This document shows, in pieces, positions 61,635 through 64,000 of a stretch of 64,000 bases of DNA. Origin of the DNA: a virus. Position 1 is the first letter of the stretch. Each line of letters opens with the position of its first letter. Where the stretch lies: IMG/VR virus record IMGVR_UViG_3300032046_000006, positions 41,888 to 105,887 of that record; one strand, given 5' to 3'. The notes under the pieces were generated by a model. That model searched no databases. It saw only the letters and a list, made by a program, of their open reading frames with translations, and had not been told where the DNA came from. Both the position numbers and the translations under genes were made by a program.

Positions 61635-63485
61635 TTATTTCTCCATAAATTTTTTAATTTGCATTTCCGTCGGATTTAAATAAATCATCGTCGTGATAAT
61701 TGAAGAATGACCCAACATCGATTGAATATATGTCAATGGCACTCCTTTATCCATTAGATACTTTCCAAAAGAATTACCAGTAAGAAATATTGAATTATTT
61801 CTTTTTGCCAGAAATGTTGAATTTTCTGTTTCTGGACACCAAACAATACCTTTATATTGTATCAATTTTAAATTCTTTTCCAAACTACTTTTACTTATTT
61901 GACGATAATTGCGTTTGCATATATATAATCTAAAATAATTCTTATTGTCTTTAGATAAAGTACTGCGATAACCCAACAAAGTACAAATGGTTTGTAATAA
62001 TTCTATTATTTCTGGCTCTTGACCTCTAAATTCAATGCAATTGCATTTTTGTTTACATCCATCTCCTAAAATTAACCCCCGAAAAATATAGTCCAATTCT
62101 AATCTACTTAACTTATATATTGTATTTTTTGGCATTTTATTTCTTTTAAGCCAATTAAAAATCCAATCCTGCGAGTTTACACATATTCTAAAAGTTTTCA
62201 TTTGATATGGTTTCCCATAATTACCGATAATTTTTTTTGACAAACTTTCAGTAAAATCAATGTTTGCTTTTATCAAATGTTCTTTTATTATTTCGCATTT
62301 ATCTTTATTTGCACTCCAGCTTTGACTTATTGTTATTTGTCTACTATCATAATAATAAACTTCACTAATTCCTTTATATTTAGTTTGATGATAGTTAATA
62401 TTTCCATCTGCCATTAATATTCCCAAAACAAATGATTTGTGTATTCCTATTATGTTCTTGCTCTTTTTAATTTTAGCAGAAACTATATATCTAAATGGAT
62501 TAGTAACTTTATTTATTGATTCTAATAAAGGAGCAGTCCATTCATTTTTTTTATTTTTCCAATTCCATTTTTGTATAATTATTTTATGGTCTTTTGTAAA
62601 TAAAGTATCTACACAACCAACTTTTAAATGATTTATTTTTTCGTTTATATTATATTTATAAATATTTATTAATGCTTTGTATTCCAAAATATTCTTTCTA
62701 AAATTATATGTAAGTATTTTATCTTTTATTTTTATTTCATTATATTTCTTCCATCCTTTTTTTGTAAATACTTGGGTATCGGCACTTACACAATGCCTAA
62801 ATAAGTGCGGGCTAATCTTTCTATCCACTAAATATTTATTCATTCTCCTAAAAAAATAATTTACTTTTCCTATTGTCAAATTAAAAACATTAATCGTTTC
62901 TGGTTCGCTTGCAAAATAATCTATTAATTCTTGTTTTAATTTGGGGGAATATTTTTCACAAAAATATACAAATCTCTCCTTATCCCCCTTTCCAATTACC
63001 TTAATTTCACAAGGATTAGATTCCAAATTTATATCTGCTCGTTTTAGTTTTAATAATTCTTCCTTCCTTAATCCTGTCATATAAACAAAATTAATAAATA
63101 CTCTGGCTTTATTGGGAAGCATTAATCTATTTTCATAAGTGCAAAATTGAGAAATTATCTGTCCTAATTCTTCTATTGTTAAAAATTTAGGGGTATTCTT
63201 ATGCCCCTTAAAATATTTTATTTTATACCATTCGGTGTTTTCTTTTGGAATTTGTAAAAATTGAGAGTAAAAATGACGACCCGCTTTAATATATTGGGTA
63301 AGAGTTCTTTTTTCATAGTCGGGATGAGAATTAAAAAAATTAGTTATAATCTCCTGCGTGATATTTTGATAATCTAATTTTTGTTCTTCTAAATAGCCAA
63401 GAAAGATACGCATAATATTATGATAATTAAGACTTTGCTTTCTGGCAATAAGAAAGGATTTATATTTTTCGAGAATTTCATTCAT
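61635..63485 (-). CDS. XerC/D-like tyrosine recombinase with intein
   Basis: TGLRKEEL, GKGDKER, HLFRH|intein|SFG, LGHSSIITTMIY; 276-aa extein. Confidence 0.92.
   Translation of the reverse strand: MNEILEKYKSFLIARKQSLNYHNIMRIFLGYLEEQKLDYQNITQEIITNFFNSHPDYEKRTLTQYIKAGRHFYSQFLQIPKENTEWYKIKYFKGHKNTPKFLTIEELGQIISQFCTYENRLMLPNKARVFINFVYMTGLRKEELLKLKRADINLESNPCEIKVIGKGDKERFVYFCEKYSPKLKQELIDYFASEPETINVFNLTIGKVNYFFRRMNKYLVDRKISPHLFRHCVSADTQVFTKKGWKKYNEIKIKDKILTYNFRKNILEYKALINIYKYNINEKINHLKVGCVDTLFTKDHKIIIQKWNWKNKKNEWTAPLLESINKVTNPFRYIVSAKIKKSKNIIGIHKSFVLGILMADGNINYHQTKYKGISEVYYYDSRQITISQSWSANKDKCEIIKEHLIKANIDFTESLSKKIIGNYGKPYQMKTFRICVNSQDWIFNWLKRNKMPKNTIYKLSRLELDYIFRGLILGDGCKQKCNCIEFRGQEPEIIELLQTICTLLGYRSTLSKDNKNYFRLYICKRNYRQISKSSLEKNLKLIQYKGIVWCPETENSTFLAKRNNSIFLTGNSFGKYLMDKGVPLTYIQSMLGHSSIITTMIYLNPTEMQIKKFMEK
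61773..62792 (-). mobile_element. Intein (340 aa) with LAGLIDADG endonuclease in the recombinase
   Basis: H|CVSADTQVFTKKGW, TKDH, LGILMADG, GLILGDG, VWCPE, LTGN|S. Confidence 0.9.
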
Positions 63486-63697
63486 TTCATTTAAACTCCT
63501 TTATTTTCTGGTCTTCTAAATATAAATTACATTGCTGAATCAATCCTGTCCTAAAATTACCAACAAAAGAGTTGCGATACTTATCTTGGATATATGTATT
63601 TTTCATCCATTCGATTAAATCGCCAATTTTTATATCAACTATATCTTCTGTTCCTTTCTCTATTATCATATCTTCTCCTTTATTGATTTAAGTTTCT

Positions 63698-64000
63698 TTA
63701 TAGTCTATCAAATACAATCTCTTTTCCATTCCACTCTTTACATCCGCACCACTTCTTATGCCATGCTTCACGGTCGGCCTCATCCCAAGTCTTGTATGCC
63801 TCATCCCGAGCCTTGTATGCCTCATCCCGAGCCTTGTCTGCCTCATCCCAAGCCTTGTATGCCTCATCCCAAACCTTGTATGCCTCATCCCGAGCCTTGT
63901 CTGCCTCATCCCAAACCTTGTATGCCTCATCCCGAGCCTTGTATGCCTCATCCCGAGCCTTGTCTGCCTCATCCCAAGCCTTGTATGCCTCATCCCAAAC
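63698..64000 (-). CDS. Heptad-repeat protein, copy 2 (5' end outside the window)
   Basis: VWDEAYKAWDEADKAR...WHKKWCGCKEWNGKEIVFDRL; paralog of 55134..55541. Confidence 0.8.
   Translation of the reverse strand, partial: VWDEAYKAWDEADKARDEAYKARDEAYKVWDEADKARDEAYKVWDEAYKAWDEADKARDEAYKARDEAYKTWDEADREAWHKKWCGCKEWNGKEIVFDRL
63773..64000. repeat. 21-bp tandem repeat, at least 11 units
   Basis: GCCTCATCCC every 21 nt to the window end. Confidence 0.95.

Noticed and set aside
102-62859. Short antisense ORFs in the track (for example 963..1340, 17423..17746, 21292..21645, 43691..44044)
   Set aside because: They lie opposite well-supported genes and lack an RBS or recognisable motifs
55134-64000. Duplicated segment as a DGR template/variable repeat pair
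   Set aside because: Differences are not adenine-specific, those in the unique part are mostly synonymous, and there is no reverse transcriptase in the window
1-64000. Stop-codon reassignment (alternative genetic code)
   Set aside because: Long genes are intact under code 11, and TGA and TAG are used as ordinary stops; the methylase TGA also needs a frame change
1-64000. tRNA, rRNA or att sites
   Set aside because: No cloverleaf, rRNA-like sequence or identifiable attachment core was recognised by eye

Overview
Segment of a large, AT-rich (roughly 25-30% GC by eye) tailed bacteriophage or prophage using standard code 11 and strong Shine-Dalgarno sites. Positions 1-10181 (+) are the end of a tail module: chaperone-like genes, tape measure protein, and tail or baseplate proteins. 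Everything from 10182 to 64000 is on the minus strand. In order it contains: (i) a 9-kb soluble glycan-modification operon with two sialyltransferase-fold enzymes, a 4-domain glycosyltransferase, WbqC, PIG-L deacetylase, radical SAM/SPASM and a methyltransferase; (ii) a proteostasis and transport cluster (ClpP, BT1-family MFS transporter, Ntn protease, M50 protease, peptide deformylase); (iii) replication and recombination genes (SbcCD-like, RuvC-like, intein-containing PolB, RecA, prim-pol-helicase, 5'-3' exonuclease), three DNA methyltransferases and five free-standing HNH genes; (iv) ribosomal protein bS21, RNA ligase, nucleotide-pool enzymes, a trypsin-like protease, and an M14 peptidase plus amidoligase pair; (v) a sigma-like factor and a XerC/D-type recombinase split by an intein at its catalytic HxxR motif. 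The most notable candidates are the glycan operon, the intein-gated recombinase, a methyltransferase broken by TAT-TGA-C exactly after DPPY, a GC-rich minigene inserted into an HNH gene, and two paralogous heptad-repeat genes with combinatorial 21-bp repeats. All assignments come from motif recognition by eye; no database searches were run.
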